Shown here one piece after another: positions 47,597-58,322 of a DNA stretch of 64,000 nt. Source of the DNA: Candidatus Poribacteria bacterium. Lineage in GTDB: Bacteria > Poribacteria > WGA-4E > WGA-3G. The notes under the pieces are model-generated. The model did no database searches. It saw only the letters and a list, made by a program, of their open reading frames with translations, and was not told the origin of the DNA. Each line of letters opens with the position of its first letter. The stretch's first letter is position 1. Where the stretch lies: assembly GCA_003635315.1 (NCBI GenBank), contig PYJD01000031.1, positions 157,958 to 221,957 of the forward strand, in the 5' to 3' direction. The position numbers and the translations under genes were made by a program.

Positions 47597-50254
47597 TTAT
47601 GAATTATCTAACATAGCAAGACTACGTTCTAATTTGTCATGTTCTATTGACAGTCTGTCAAGTAAATCCTTCTTCTGTTGAACCACGATTTCAGGTGCAC
47701 GTTCAACAAACTGTGGATTCTCTAAGGTTTTCTGAGCAGCTTTGATATCTTTTACAATCTGTTGATAACGTTTAGATAATCGCGTCTTTTCTTCATCTAG
47801 ATCAATCACACCTTCAAGCGGAATATAGATTACAAGGTTGCCAATAACAGCTTCTGCGGATGCTTTAGGTTTTGGTAGAGACTCAGAAATAACAACATCA
47901 TTAACCCGAGTGAATGCTGGTAAATACTGTTCAAGATATGAATCAAGATGATTTCTAACCATTGGATCAGGAGATTGTATATGTATATCTATTGTTGCTC
48001 CATTTGGAACATTTAATTCCCCACGAATACTTCTAATGTTTTCAATTACATTCATTAGAGTACTCATTGTTTTCTCTGCAATAGTATCTTCAACATCAGA
48101 TTGTGGCCATTCAGCAACTGTTACCGATGGTTCAATGTTCGTACCGATTACATCATAATCTTTAGGTAACTGCTGCCATATTTCCTCAGTTAGAAATGGC
48201 ATAATAGGATGTAATAATCTCATCGTTTGCTCTAATACATCTGCAGCTATCCATAAAGCATAAGGTTGATTGTTAGCAATCCGTTGCTTAACGAATTCCA
48301 AATACCAATCACAGAATTCATGCCATAAAAAAGCATAGAGAGTTTGTGCTAATTCATGAAACCTGAAGTTGTCTAATGCATCAGTTGCTGAGTTAATAGT
48401 TTGAGCAAGTCTACTCTTGATCCAATTAACTTCAAGGATATTTTCATGCATGGAATCCAGATTTTCTCTCCGAATTGGGTATTTATCCAAATTCATGAGT
48501 ATAAATCGAGCAGCATTCCATATCTTGTTTGTGAATCTCCTGCCAGATTCAATTTGTGCTTCAGGTAAGGGTACATAAGGAATTGGTGTACTTGCATTTA
48601 CGAGAGCAAACCGAAAAGCATCAGTTCCATATTTTTGAATAGTTTCCAAAGGATCAATTGCATTCCCTTTGGATTTACTCATTTTTTGTCCTTTGTCATC
48701 AGCCACAAGTCCATGAAGATATACAGTATTGAATGGCACTTCATCCGTACACGCCAATCCAAACATAATCATTCTTGCTACCCAGAAAAACAGAATGTCC
48801 CATCCAGTAACAAGAACAGAAGTCGGATAGAATGTCTGTAACTCATCGGTTTTCTGGGGCCACCCCATAGTAGAGAAGGGCCATAATCCTGAACTGAACC
48901 AAGTATCAAGAACATCTTCTTCTTGAAGTAAGTTAGTTCCGCCACATTCACATTTTACAGGAGTATCCATTGCTGCAGTAGATTTTTGACAAACCTCACA
49001 AACCCAGATTGGTAGTCGGTGTCCCCACCATCTCTGCCGTGAAATAGGCCACGGTTCAATATTCTCCATCCAATGTAAAAACCGTGTAGTCTCTCGCTCA
49101 GGAATAAATTTAACATCACCATTTTTTGTTGCTTCGATGGCTCTTTGTGCGAGTGGTTTAACATTCATGAACCATTGTGGAGAAATGGTTGGTTCAACGA
49201 TTGCACCGCATCTGTCATGGTGTCCTACCGCGTGTGGATGAGGAACAATCTTAACCAAGTAATCTAACTTCTGTAAATCCTCGACAACTTTTTCACGACA
49301 CTTTAGACGGGACAATCCAGAATATTCTTGACCAGCATTCTCATTCATATGTCCATCTGAAGTAAAAACAACACATTGTTCTAAATCATGTCTCAGACCT
49401 ATTTCATAATCGTTGACATCATGTGCAGGTGTAACCTTTAGTGCTCCAGTACCAAATTCCATGTCAACAAATGAATCCGAGATTATTGGTACTTCTCTAT
49501 TAGATAACGGAAGGCATACTGTCTTTCCAATGAGGCGTTGATATCGTTCATCCTCAGGATGAACGGCAACTGCTGTATCTCCTAACATAGTCTCTGGTCG
49601 TGTGGTTGCAATTTCAAGCACTATGTCAGAATCTACAACAGGATATCGTATATGATAGAAATTACCATCAATTTCGATCGGTTCAACCTCAAGGTTACTG
49701 ACAGCAGTATCACACTGAGGACACCAATTAACCATATATGTATCTTGGTATATAAGATCCTGCTCATATAATTTTACAAAGGCTGTTCTAACTGCTTTGG
49801 ACAATCCATCATCCATTGTAAAACGTTCTCGTTCCCAGTCACATGAACATCCGAGTTGCTGTAATTGGGACACAATATTACCTGCAGATTCAGATTTCCA
49901 CAGCCACATACGTTTTATGAATTCTTCTCGTCCTATTTCTTTTCTGCTTGTCCCTTCTTCAGCAAGTTTTCGCTCCATAATTAGTTCGGTAACAATACCC
50001 GCATGATCTGTACCAGGGATCCAAAGAACGTTGAATCCATTCATACGATGCCAACGAATAAGACAATCTTGGAGTGTATTATCTAAAGCGTGTCCTATAT
50101 GTAGGATACCTGTTATATTGGGTGGTGGGATAACTATTGTATAGGAAGGTTTATCTGATATAACTTCGGCGTGAAAATATCTTTTCTCTTCCCAAAATTT
50201 ATACCATTTACCCTCTATTTCTTGAGGGTCGTAGATCTTTGGAAGATTTGTCAT
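47597..50254 (-). CDS. valS: Valyl-tRNA synthetase
   Basis: HIGH motif PPPNITGILHIGHAL, KMSKSKGN, editing domain, C-terminal coiled coil; 885 aa. Confidence 0.9.
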   Translation of the reverse strand: MTNLPKIYDPQEIEGKWYKFWEEKRYFHAEVISDKPSYTIVIPPPNITGILHIGHALDNTLQDCLIRWHRMNGFNVLWIPGTDHAGIVTELIMERKLAEEGTSRKEIGREEFIKRMWLWKSESAGNIVSQLQQLGCSCDWERERFTMDDGLSKAVRTAFVKLYEQDLIYQDTYMVNWCPQCDTAVSNLEVEPIEIDGNFYHIRYPVVDSDIVLEIATTRPETMLGDTAVAVHPEDERYQRLIGKTVCLPLSNREVPIISDSFVDMEFGTGALKVTPAHDVNDYEIGLRHDLEQCVVFTSDGHMNENAGQEYSGLSRLKCREKVVEDLQKLDYLVKIVPHPHAVGHHDRCGAIVEPTISPQWFMNVKPLAQRAIEATKNGDVKFIPERETTRFLHWMENIEPWPISRQRWWGHRLPIWVCEVCQKSTAAMDTPVKCECGGTNLLQEEDVLDTWFSSGLWPFSTMGWPQKTDELQTFYPTSVLVTGWDILFFWVARMIMFGLACTDEVPFNTVYLHGLVADDKGQKMSKSKGNAIDPLETIQKYGTDAFRFALVNASTPIPYVPLPEAQIESGRRFTNKIWNAARFILMNLDKYPIRRENLDSMHENILEVNWIKSRLAQTINSATDALDNFRFHELAQTLYAFLWHEFCDWYLEFVKQRIANNQPYALWIAADVLEQTMRLLHPIMPFLTEEIWQQLPKDYDVIGTNIEPSVTVAEWPQSDVEDTIAEKTMSTLMNVIENIRSIRGELNVPNGATIDIHIQSPDPMVRNHLDSYLEQYLPAFTRVNDVVISESLPKPKASAEAVIGNLVIYIPLEGVIDLDEEKTRLSKRYQQIVKDIKAAQKTLENPQFVERAPEIVVQQKKDLLDRLSIEHDKLERSLAMLDNS

Positions 50255-50463
50255 ATTAATTCCTGAAAATCACCAATACTTTAAAAGAATGTTGTGGATA
50301 ATGAGAGTTAAGTTTATCCTACGAATAGAAGGACTCTTAACGTATCTAAAGACAGAACCATATATTACCTGAATAACTTTATAGTAGATTTTAGAATTTA
50401 TTATTCATACAACATTGTAGTATGGAAGATTCAGTGAATCCGCGTGTGGAATTCACTGTGGAT

Positions 50464-51021
50464 TTAGGTAAAAGATGGTTCAACCCAACCATAGGCTCCA
50501 TCATCAGATTGATAAAGTAGGTTCACCTGACGGGTCTCAGAGTTAAGGAACATAAGCAATGAATCTCCAGACGTATGTAATTCGGCTACCGCTTCATTAA
50601 CAGTAAGGGGTTTAGCAGCGAACTTTTCAGATGTGGGAACCACAGTTGGTTCATCTCCTGTGTCTATATCAGAGTGGGTTTCATCTGATTCAGGATTCAA
50701 TTGTGCTACGACCTCACGATGTGGTGCATTATGTCGTCTGTCTTTTACCCTTTCCTTGTTTTTCCTAATTTGACTGATAACCTTTTCAACAGCTCCATCA
50801 ATTGCGGTTCTCAGGTCATGTGTAGTATTCTTTGCATAGAACGATACACGTGGAGCAGTTACAATTGTTTCAGCCTCAAAACGATGCTTTTCAGATTTGA
50901 GAATAACATTAAACTCCTCCATTTCACTGAAACGTGATTCTATTTTTTCTGCTCGATTAATAATGTAATTGTGTATATCGTCAGTGATCTTCAGTTGATG
51001 TCCTGTATATGTAATTTTCAT
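50464..51021 (-). CDS. hpf: Ribosome hibernation promoting factor (long HPF / sigma-54 modulation protein)
   Basis: N-terminal MKITYTGHQLKITDDIHNYI... RaiA/HPF fold plus C-terminal dimerisation domain; located downstream of rpoN. Confidence 0.8.
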   Translation of the reverse strand: MKITYTGHQLKITDDIHNYIINRAEKIESRFSEMEEFNVILKSEKHRFEAETIVTAPRVSFYAKNTTHDLRTAIDGAVEKVISQIRKNKERVKDRRHNAPHREVVAQLNPESDETHSDIDTGDEPTVVPTSEKFAAKPLTVNEAVAELHTSGDSLLMFLNSETRQVNLLYQSDDGAYGWVEPSFT

Positions 51022-51216
51022 CTGTGTCTCCTAATATATTTGTTATTTGAGTATAGTTTACACTGTAACTCAAGCAGCTGTGTATAAACACTGACTATAT
51101 AAAACTTAATGATATACCATATTCTATATCCTATGTATCACACTTCAGAATTGGATGAATGAATTACCATTTACAAAATATCTCTTACATTAAGTTTAAG
51201 TCATTTCATATAGTCA

Positions 51217-53010
51217 TTAAGTCTCTTTTCTTTGACGCGAGGAGAGAATTCCCAATTCTTCTCGATATTTTTGAACTGTTCGTCTTGCGACAACAATTCC
51301 TTTTTCTTTTAAGGCTGCACTTACACTTTGATCACTAAGTGGTTTTGCTGGATTCTCCTTGCGTATCATCTCTCTAATTTCAGCCTTCACTTGTTTAGCA
51401 GAAACGGATTTTCCTTGTGTTGTTGGTAATTGATTACTAAAAAAGAACTTCAGAGGAAAAGTGCCGATGGGGGTCTGAACATATTTATTACTTGTCACCC
51501 TACTTACAGTTGATTCGTGAACATCAGCCATTTCTGCGATCGTTTTAAGTGTTAATGGTTTAATGCTTTCTGGACCATTCGTTAAAAATTCAGACTGAAC
51601 TTTAAAGATTGCCTCTGTAACTCTTTCAAGGGTTCGTCCACGTTGTGTAATGCTACTTAGCAAATCAGTTGCATCATTGTATTTTTTCAGTATCCAGTTC
51701 TTTGTTTCATCATCTACAGTATTATCTTCATCACGCATAAGGTTTATGTAGTGTGGATTTATCCGCAATCGAGGAAAATAATTATCCATTGTAAGTATAT
51801 AATTATGATCATCAAATTCTACGATTCTTACATCAGGCGTAATTCCCTGAATTGTTTCTGGCGAACGAATTAAATCTTTAACATTAGGATCGGTAAAATA
51901 CCTACCTGGATACGGAGATAAAGTGCCGATGAATTCCGTTACCTTCTGTATGTCTGATCTATCTAACTCCAATTCCTGTGCAATGTTTAATATTCGTCCA
52001 TTAAGCAATTCATCCAAATGATCTTCAACGATTATCTTGGCTAAATGAAATGGCAATTTAGTTTCAAGCGGCATACCACCATTGAATTTATGATGTTGTA
52101 CCTCTAAGTGCGTGATTTGTATCATCAATGTTTCTTTTAAATCTCTGTATGCAATACCGACAGGTTCAAATGTCTCTTGAATTTTAGTTAATACTGATTC
52201 AACATCCGATAGGGTGGAATTAGCACTACTGGCAATATCTTCTAAAGTGAGTTGATATAAGTTTAATTCTGTTCCTTCATCCTTTATAGTATATTTCAGT
52301 TTATTTGTTACATCCTTGATCATCCATGTATTTGGTTCTATATTATCTGTAGAATTTGACCTGTTCTTGACTGTTTCGATTTGGTATTCTATTTTATTAG
52401 TTTCTATTTCTGTATTTCTGTAATTAATTGAAGTTGTAGATAGGTTTTTATTTATTAGATTCTTAAGTTCATCAGATATGTTTTCCTGAAGCAAACAATT
52501 CTTAAATTCATAAGGAAGTGTGAACAGTTTCAGTTGTAGTTCACCATCATCATTTAGATTTCCTATTATCAGTTCTCCAATTGCCCTTTCATTATCATTT
52601 AATGGAGCGAGGTCCAGTTGTTGATATAGGAATTCATGTAATGTAATTGATTCAGCAATATCCGGTTCGGGAGAATCTAAGTCACTCTGTTCATATACGT
52701 TTTGTTGATTAATTACAGGAGTATCATCATACAGAGAGTTCCAATCTATATCTACCTCTGGATCAACTCTATTAAGGTCTACTTCTGGATTGTTCCATTC
52801 AGTTGCAGGATCATATTCTTGCTGAGATAGGAATGTTTCTTCATCCTCTTCGATATCCAGTAGAGGATTCAGTTCCAGTTCTTGCTCAATGAATTGTTGT
52901 AATTCAAGCTGTGGCATCATAAGCACCTTTATTGCTTGTTGCAACTTTGGTGTCATGACGATTTTATTTGTAAGCTGAGGAGTTTGCGTTAGTTTCGGCT
53001 GAATTTTCAT
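51217..53010 (-). CDS. rpoN: RNA polymerase sigma-54 factor (597 aa, with ~120-aa lineage-specific insertion)
   Basis: RpoN box ARRTVQKYRE, HTH region, N-terminal Q/L-rich activator-interacting region. Confidence 0.9.
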   Translation of the reverse strand: MKIQPKLTQTPQLTNKIVMTPKLQQAIKVLMMPQLELQQFIEQELELNPLLDIEEDEETFLSQQEYDPATEWNNPEVDLNRVDPEVDIDWNSLYDDTPVINQQNVYEQSDLDSPEPDIAESITLHEFLYQQLDLAPLNDNERAIGELIIGNLNDDGELQLKLFTLPYEFKNCLLQENISDELKNLINKNLSTTSINYRNTEIETNKIEYQIETVKNRSNSTDNIEPNTWMIKDVTNKLKYTIKDEGTELNLYQLTLEDIASSANSTLSDVESVLTKIQETFEPVGIAYRDLKETLMIQITHLEVQHHKFNGGMPLETKLPFHLAKIIVEDHLDELLNGRILNIAQELELDRSDIQKVTEFIGTLSPYPGRYFTDPNVKDLIRSPETIQGITPDVRIVEFDDHNYILTMDNYFPRLRINPHYINLMRDEDNTVDDETKNWILKKYNDATDLLSSITQRGRTLERVTEAIFKVQSEFLTNGPESIKPLTLKTIAEMADVHESTVSRVTSNKYVQTPIGTFPLKFFFSNQLPTTQGKSVSAKQVKAEIREMIRKENPAKPLSDQSVSAALKEKGIVVARRTVQKYREELGILSSRQRKET

Positions 53011-53237
53011 TATGAGTCACTCCGTATAGATCCACCAGTGCAAAGAGTATGAGTGATGCTAACGCCATTATAGCAATTCTTAAGCGACTATTGAGGCTAA
53101 ATTGGAGTTAATTTATAGTGAACTTTGGAATTAATAAAACACTACACAACGTGCGAGGAAGCCTCGCCCCTACGCTGGGTAGTCTTCGTCAACGTAGAAT
53201 GTCTCATTAATTATTAACTTTACTATAGTTCTCCTCT

Positions 53238-53972
53238 TTAGCATAATGAAAAGTTTTGACCGAAATAGAGTTCTCTGGCAACTTCGCTATTTAGAAGCTC
53301 CTCTGGCGTACCTGATAATGTAATCTTCCCATCAGCAATTAGATAAGCGCGATCAACAATATTGAGAGTTTCAACAGCATTATGATCGGTAATAAGTATC
53401 CCCAAATTTCTGTTTCTTAAATGTAGGATGAGTTGTTTGATGTCAGCAACTGCAATTGGATCAATCCCGGAAAGTGGTTCGTCAAGAAGAATAAAATCCG
53501 GTTGTGCTGCGAGGGCACGTGCAATTTCGGCTCTTCGACATTCACCACCAGATAGTGTATATGCTTTACGATCCAATAGGTTGGAAATACCTAATTCCTC
53601 AGTAAATTCGTATATCCTTTCTTCACGATCATTTTTCGGCATACCTCTTGCTTCCAAAATCGCTTCTATGTTCTGTCGGACAGTCAATTTCCTAAAGATA
53701 GATGTCTCTTGGGAGAGGTATCCGATCCCTAACCGTGCTCTTTTATACATTGGTAGAAATGTAATATCTCTATCACCGTATGTAATATTACCAGAATTCG
53801 GTTTAATTAATCCAACGACCATATAGAATGTCGTTGATTTTCCAGCACCATTTGGACCTAATAAACCGACAATTTCTCCTTGTTGAACTGAAAGACTCAC
53901 TTCATTTACAACGATTGGGCCACGTCGTGTATATTTTTTAATAAGATTATGTGTCTGTATTTCTGTACCCAC
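53238..53972 (-). CDS. lptB: LPS export ABC transporter ATP-binding protein LptB
   Basis: Walker A GPNGAGKST, LSGGECRR signature, 244 aa; immediately upstream of rpoN (conserved lptB-rpoN-hpf synteny). Confidence 0.85.
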   Translation of the reverse strand: MGTEIQTHNLIKKYTRRGPIVVNEVSLSVQQGEIVGLLGPNGAGKSTTFYMVVGLIKPNSGNITYGDRDITFLPMYKRARLGIGYLSQETSIFRKLTVRQNIEAILEARGMPKNDREERIYEFTEELGISNLLDRKAYTLSGGECRRAEIARALAAQPDFILLDEPLSGIDPIAVADIKQLILHLRNRNLGILITDHNAVETLNIVDRAYLIADGKITLSGTPEELLNSEVARELYFGQNFSLC

Positions 53973-54039
53973 GTTTAACTATATTACTCCATTTACCTGA
54001 TATTTATATATTGTATAAATCTAAGTTATACATTTTCTA

Positions 54040-54139
54040 TTAATTTGTATCTCATTACCGGTTGTTAGGAATGAAAAGGGAAGGCACAAACTAACAGATT
54101 ATGCTTCTACAATGAGATATTTTCAATTAGAAATGGTAT
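54040..54139 (-). mobile_element. MITE-A copy (reverse orientation) between lptA and lptB
   Basis: Reverse complement gives ATACCATTTCTAATT...TGTAGAAGCATAATCTGTTAGTTTGTGCC...GGTAATGAGAT. Confidence 0.6.
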
Positions 54140-54269
54140 TAGATAAACACATCTGGTTATCAACCTACTTAGAAAACCTTTATCATCTAATACAACTATT
54201 TCTCAATACATATAATTTGTTGTTAAGTAATCCTATATTGGATTAAAAACATTTCGATTTATTAACAGT

Positions 54270-55133
54270 TTAACCCTCTGAGGATTCATCACTAATTGAC
54301 TCATCATCCGTTTCATCTTCTTCCTCAGATTCTTCATTTTCATTATCACTTGTATCTGAATCGGAATTATCTTCGGTAGATGTATCCTGTTTCTCAGTTT
54401 CCTTAGAATTGTCTTTAGAACTCTCTTGAGTAGCATCAGATTTTTCAGACTCCGAATCATTGGAAGTAGATTCATCATCGGGTTTGTCTTTTTTATCTTC
54501 TGAGTTTTCCTCTTGAATTGGATTTGCCTGTGTGATAGAGACTTTAAATTTTACATCCCCTTCACCAGTTTGCTTCCCGGTGGTACGATTATATGTGAAT
54601 AATTTTGTTTCAAGTTTGTCTTTATTCTGTGTAACGATCACCTTATCTTTTAAGACAATAATATTTGTAAGATTATTCATAATAGCATGTTCACATGTAG
54701 CAAACATATCCTGATCTCGTATCTCCACATTTCCTTCAGCAATGATTTCAACAGTTTCCCCAGTTTCAGTATCACTTTTGAGTGTAATTTTATCAGCATT
54801 TAGAAATCCTATCTCAACGTCCTCTTCATTCTTACGAACAGTTCTTGCATTACCGATGAGGATTGTGATCCCATTTTTTTGATCCCTTTCCATTCTATCA
54901 GATGTACCAGTAATTACTTCTTTAGTAGGTTCAGACTGATTATCATTGTCATCAGATGTAGGTTTGACAGTTTCTTCCTGATTCTTATCAGGAATAGGTG
55001 TTTCCTCAGCCTCAACAGGAATAGACAATATACAGATCGAAGCCAGAATAATTGCAATCTTTATATATACGAGACTTATTGCATTTGAAATTGTTTCTAT
55101 ATTTAATAATGGTTTAGACTTACTGCTTTTCAT
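54270..55133 (-). CDS. lptA: LptA-like periplasmic LPS transport protein (OstA-like fold) with ~100-aa acidic (D/E/S-rich) C-terminal tail
   Basis: Signal/anchor segment; beta-jellyroll-like region; positioned between lptC and lptB. Confidence 0.5.
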   Translation of the reverse strand: MKSSKSKPLLNIETISNAISLVYIKIAIILASICILSIPVEAEETPIPDKNQEETVKPTSDDNDNQSEPTKEVITGTSDRMERDQKNGITILIGNARTVRKNEEDVEIGFLNADKITLKSDTETGETVEIIAEGNVEIRDQDMFATCEHAIMNNLTNIIVLKDKVIVTQNKDKLETKLFTYNRTTGKQTGEGDVKFKVSITQANPIQEENSEDKKDKPDDESTSNDSESEKSDATQESSKDNSKETEKQDTSTEDNSDSDTSDNENEESEEEDETDDESISDESSEG

Positions 55134-55716
55134 TTATGTCCTCATCTTTTGGAAAGAGTTTGAATCTGTTATTAGACATTTTGATAGTTTCGAGATTTGG
55201 ATTTCCTTCCATTTTTTCTCCATACCATGTTGAATCTCCTCGTACTATCTTTACTTCAGTTGGTGAATATAGTGTACCGTCCTTATTTCTCCATTGTAAT
55301 TTTTCGGTATATAACTTACCATTCTCGTTTACACCAACTACATCCCCCTCAAGGTACAAATTATCTTTATTTTTCCCTTGAGTATAGTAATGTCCAATTT
55401 TGCTGGTTAAAGTAATAGATATCTTCCCATCTTCATAAATATCAACTTCAGGAGACACTACTGTAACTAAAGTCCCATGGAATTCAGAAGACTTTCCAAC
55501 CAAGTCCCATTTTAAAACACCAGCTTCTTTATGTTGAGTAGTAAAAGTCTCAAGTTGTTGAATTGGTATTTTTTCGTCAGTTGGAGTTTCTTCCTCTTCA
55601 CGATTACATCCAATAACTGAAATAGAACTTAGAAGAATTAATACCAATATTTTAATCAAGAACGTATCTTGGTAAGGTGTGTTTACACTCCTATGATTGT
55701 GTTTTCCACCGTTCAT
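55120..55716 (-). CDS. lptC: LptC-like membrane-anchored LPS transport protein
   Basis: Single N-terminal TM anchor then beta-rich periplasmic domain; located between lpxL and lptA. Start taken at internal ATG 55716 to limit overlap with lpxL. Confidence 0.45.
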   Translation of the reverse strand: MNGGKHNHRSVNTPYQDTFLIKILVLILLSSISVIGCNREEEETPTDEKIPIQQLETFTTQHKEAGVLKWDLVGKSSEFHGTLVTVVSPEVDIYEDGKISITLTSKIGHYYTQGKNKDNLYLEGDVVGVNENGKLYTEKLQWRNKDGTLYSPTEVKIVRGDSTWYGEKMEGNPNLETIKMSNNRFKLFPKDEDINEKQ

Positions 55717-56563
55717 GCATCCAGATCCATTGTTCAGGATATTTTCGTATATAGGTTTCAATAATCTTCGTGAATTTCTGAGTATTCTCAATTATATCTT
55801 TTTCTTTATCATCTGTTTGTTTTAATTCCATCGGTGGTTCAATAATTGCCTGATGTGATCCATCAGGTTGTCGAATAATAAATGATGGTAATATGACTGC
55901 TCCCGTCTTTAATGCAAATGCGATTGGACTATAAGGTGTATATGCGGGTCTACCAAAAAAGTCAACGAAAACACCATTTACTGTTGTATCAACATCTGCT
56001 ACGATTCCGAGAAGATTGTTAGTTCTAAGACATCTTAGTGCATCTCTAACACCAGTATTCCTGTCAATTGTGGAGTAACCGGCTTTCTTTCGATATTTAG
56101 TTACTAATTCGTTTAGCCTTGGTGAACGTAATTCTCGGACAATTGGTTTTAAGGGTGCTATTTTCGTACTGATTGATGCAGCCAACAATTCCCAATTACC
56201 GAAATGACCTGTTAGAATAATTGCACCATTTCCCAGAGATAATGCGTTTTCTATATGGTGTATACCTTCAAATTCAACAAATTCTTGAATCAATTTTTGA
56301 CTTGTCTTAGGAAACCGCATGAACTCTACAACAGTTTTACCTAAATTTTGATAACACCTTTTAGTATATAACTTTACCAGTTTTTCATCATCAAGGTTTA
56401 GACTGTGTCTGATATTATCATAGGCTATTTTTCTCTGATGAGAAGAGAATTTGAAAACTATACTCCCAAAAAGACAGCCAATTCTTAATAGAATCTTCCG
56501 AGGAAGTAGAGCTACACAATGACCAGTAAGTTTGGCTATAAATAAATAACACCAATCTTTCAT
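55691..56563 (-). CDS. lpxL: Lipid A biosynthesis (Kdo)2-lipid IVA acyltransferase, LpxL/LpxM (HtrB) family
   Basis: HFGNWE catalytic motif; ~290 aa; upstream of lptC-lptA-lptB. Confidence 0.7.
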   Translation of the reverse strand: MKDWCYLFIAKLTGHCVALLPRKILLRIGCLFGSIVFKFSSHQRKIAYDNIRHSLNLDDEKLVKLYTKRCYQNLGKTVVEFMRFPKTSQKLIQEFVEFEGIHHIENALSLGNGAIILTGHFGNWELLAASISTKIAPLKPIVRELRSPRLNELVTKYRKKAGYSTIDRNTGVRDALRCLRTNNLLGIVADVDTTVNGVFVDFFGRPAYTPYSPIAFALKTGAVILPSFIIRQPDGSHQAIIEPPMELKQTDDKEKDIIENTQKFTKIIETYIRKYPEQWIWMHERWKTQS

Positions 56564-56952
56564 TAGGATAATAGTATACTAAATTCTCTGTGAAATTACA
56601 AAGAAAATATAAGTACTAAATGGTATGTTCATGGTATGAAATTTCTGGTCGTAACTCTCTCAATATAATGTCAGTAATGATTATTCTATTGAATCATTAT
56701 AGACCTTAATATATTTTTGACTACAATCAATTCAATATGAACTTCGATAGTTAGATACACATTGATCGAAACTTCTTCATTATTTTTTATATATAATCTG
56801 CAAATAATCAAAAATCCTGATGCAGGATCATTGATAGGTGCAACATTTTGTAAGAGAAAAGTTATATAGAAATCTGATGTATACCTAAAAAATATAAACT
56901 TATATAAAGGTAAGTTGACATTTATTGTAGTTGGATTCTATAGCAGGTAATT

Positions 56953-58257
56953 ATGAGTGAATCACATGAGCTAAACAGACAAATATTTCGTCTTGCAATC
57001 CCTAATATAATTAGTAATTTCTCAGTTCCACTTTTAGGTGCAGTGGATACAGCGTTAATGGGGCGTTTAGAAACAGAACATTACTTAGGTGCAGTGGGTA
57101 TTGGTGGTGCAATCTTCAGTTTTATCTATTGGGGATTTGGCTTTCTACGAATGGCAACCACAGGAATGGTCGCACAATCCTATGGAGAAGAGGATCATTT
57201 AGAATGCGGTTTTCTGTTAATTCGGGGACTATCATTAAGTTTTTTAATTGGTCTATTTCTATTATGTATCCAGTGGTTGATTATAGACATTAGTTTTTAT
57301 CTGATGACTACAAGTGCTGAAGTAGAACAATTGGGTCGAGTATATTTCCATATACGGATCTATGCTGCACCGGCAGTTCTATGTTTACATGTATTTCATG
57401 GGGTCTTTTTAGGACTTCAGAATGCACACTACCCCATGTTATTAACAATTACTGTCAATGCAATAAACATAATTCTGAATATTCTTTTTGTCAAAGTCTA
57501 TGGGATGAAAGTAGAAGGAGTTGCTTTGGCTACAGTCATTGCTCAGTATATTGGACTCTTGTTTGCAATCATCCTTTTCATAGGTAAATATCCTGATCTA
57601 CTGAAAACCTGGGAAGTTAAAGAGATTTTTGCTTTTCCGAAACTAAATCGTTTTTTGAGTATCAGCAACGATATATTCATACGGACGCTATGTCTTGTAT
57701 TTAGTAATGCGTATTTCACTGCAAAATCAGCAGCTTTGAGTGATACATTCTTGGCAATAAATACAATATTGCTACAATATATCAATCTAATGTCCTATGC
57801 AATTGATGGTTTTGCTTTTGCTGCAGAGAGTATGATTGGTAAGTATAAGGGTGCCGGCGATTTACGTCGTATAAAGGATTCGATTAGGCACATCTTTTTA
57901 TTTGGTTTTATCTTTAGTGGGTTATTCTCATTGATATTCCTTCTATATGATGATAAATTGTTATACCTATTCACTGATAAGCAGGAACTGATTTCCCAAA
58001 CGAAACCGTATCTTATTTGGATAATTATTGCACCAGTGATTAATATTACGGCATATATTTGGGATGGTATTTATCTTGGGGCAACTGCTTCAAAATCCTT
58101 GCGTAATTCTATGTTCGTTGCAATGGTACTGTTTCTATGTAGTATATATGTGTTGTCCCCATACGGAAATCATGGACTTTGGGCTGCGTTAACAATTCTG
58201 CTTATTGTTAGGGGAGTAATATTAAGTGTAATGGCCCCTAAGAGTATATTTAAGTAA
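56953..58257 (+). CDS. MATE-family multidrug/toxin efflux transporter
   Basis: 12 TM helices; 434 aa; MATE-like duplicated 6-TM halves. Confidence 0.75.
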   Translation: MSESHELNRQIFRLAIPNIISNFSVPLLGAVDTALMGRLETEHYLGAVGIGGAIFSFIYWGFGFLRMATTGMVAQSYGEEDHLECGFLLIRGLSLSFLIGLFLLCIQWLIIDISFYLMTTSAEVEQLGRVYFHIRIYAAPAVLCLHVFHGVFLGLQNAHYPMLLTITVNAINIILNILFVKVYGMKVEGVALATVIAQYIGLLFAIILFIGKYPDLLKTWEVKEIFAFPKLNRFLSISNDIFIRTLCLVFSNAYFTAKSAALSDTFLAINTILLQYINLMSYAIDGFAFAAESMIGKYKGAGDLRRIKDSIRHIFLFGFIFSGLFSLIFLLYDDKLLYLFTDKQELISQTKPYLIWIIIAPVINITAYIWDGIYLGATASKSLRNSMFVAMVLFLCSIYVLSPYGNHGLWAALTILLIVRGVILSVMAPKSIFK

Positions 58258-58322
58258 TTTAAATGAGGATGTTTCATAATTGTAGAGCCATAGGCGTAAA
58301 TTAGCTCCTTTCCCAAACCTGG

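Noticed and set aside
53040-53237. Possible tRNA or small RNA in the slightly GC-richer rpoN-lptB intergenic region (GCGAGGAAGCCTCGCCCCTACGCTGGGTAG)
   Set aside because: It contains only a short hairpin. No cloverleaf, T-loop GTTCRANYC or anticodon arm could be drawn.
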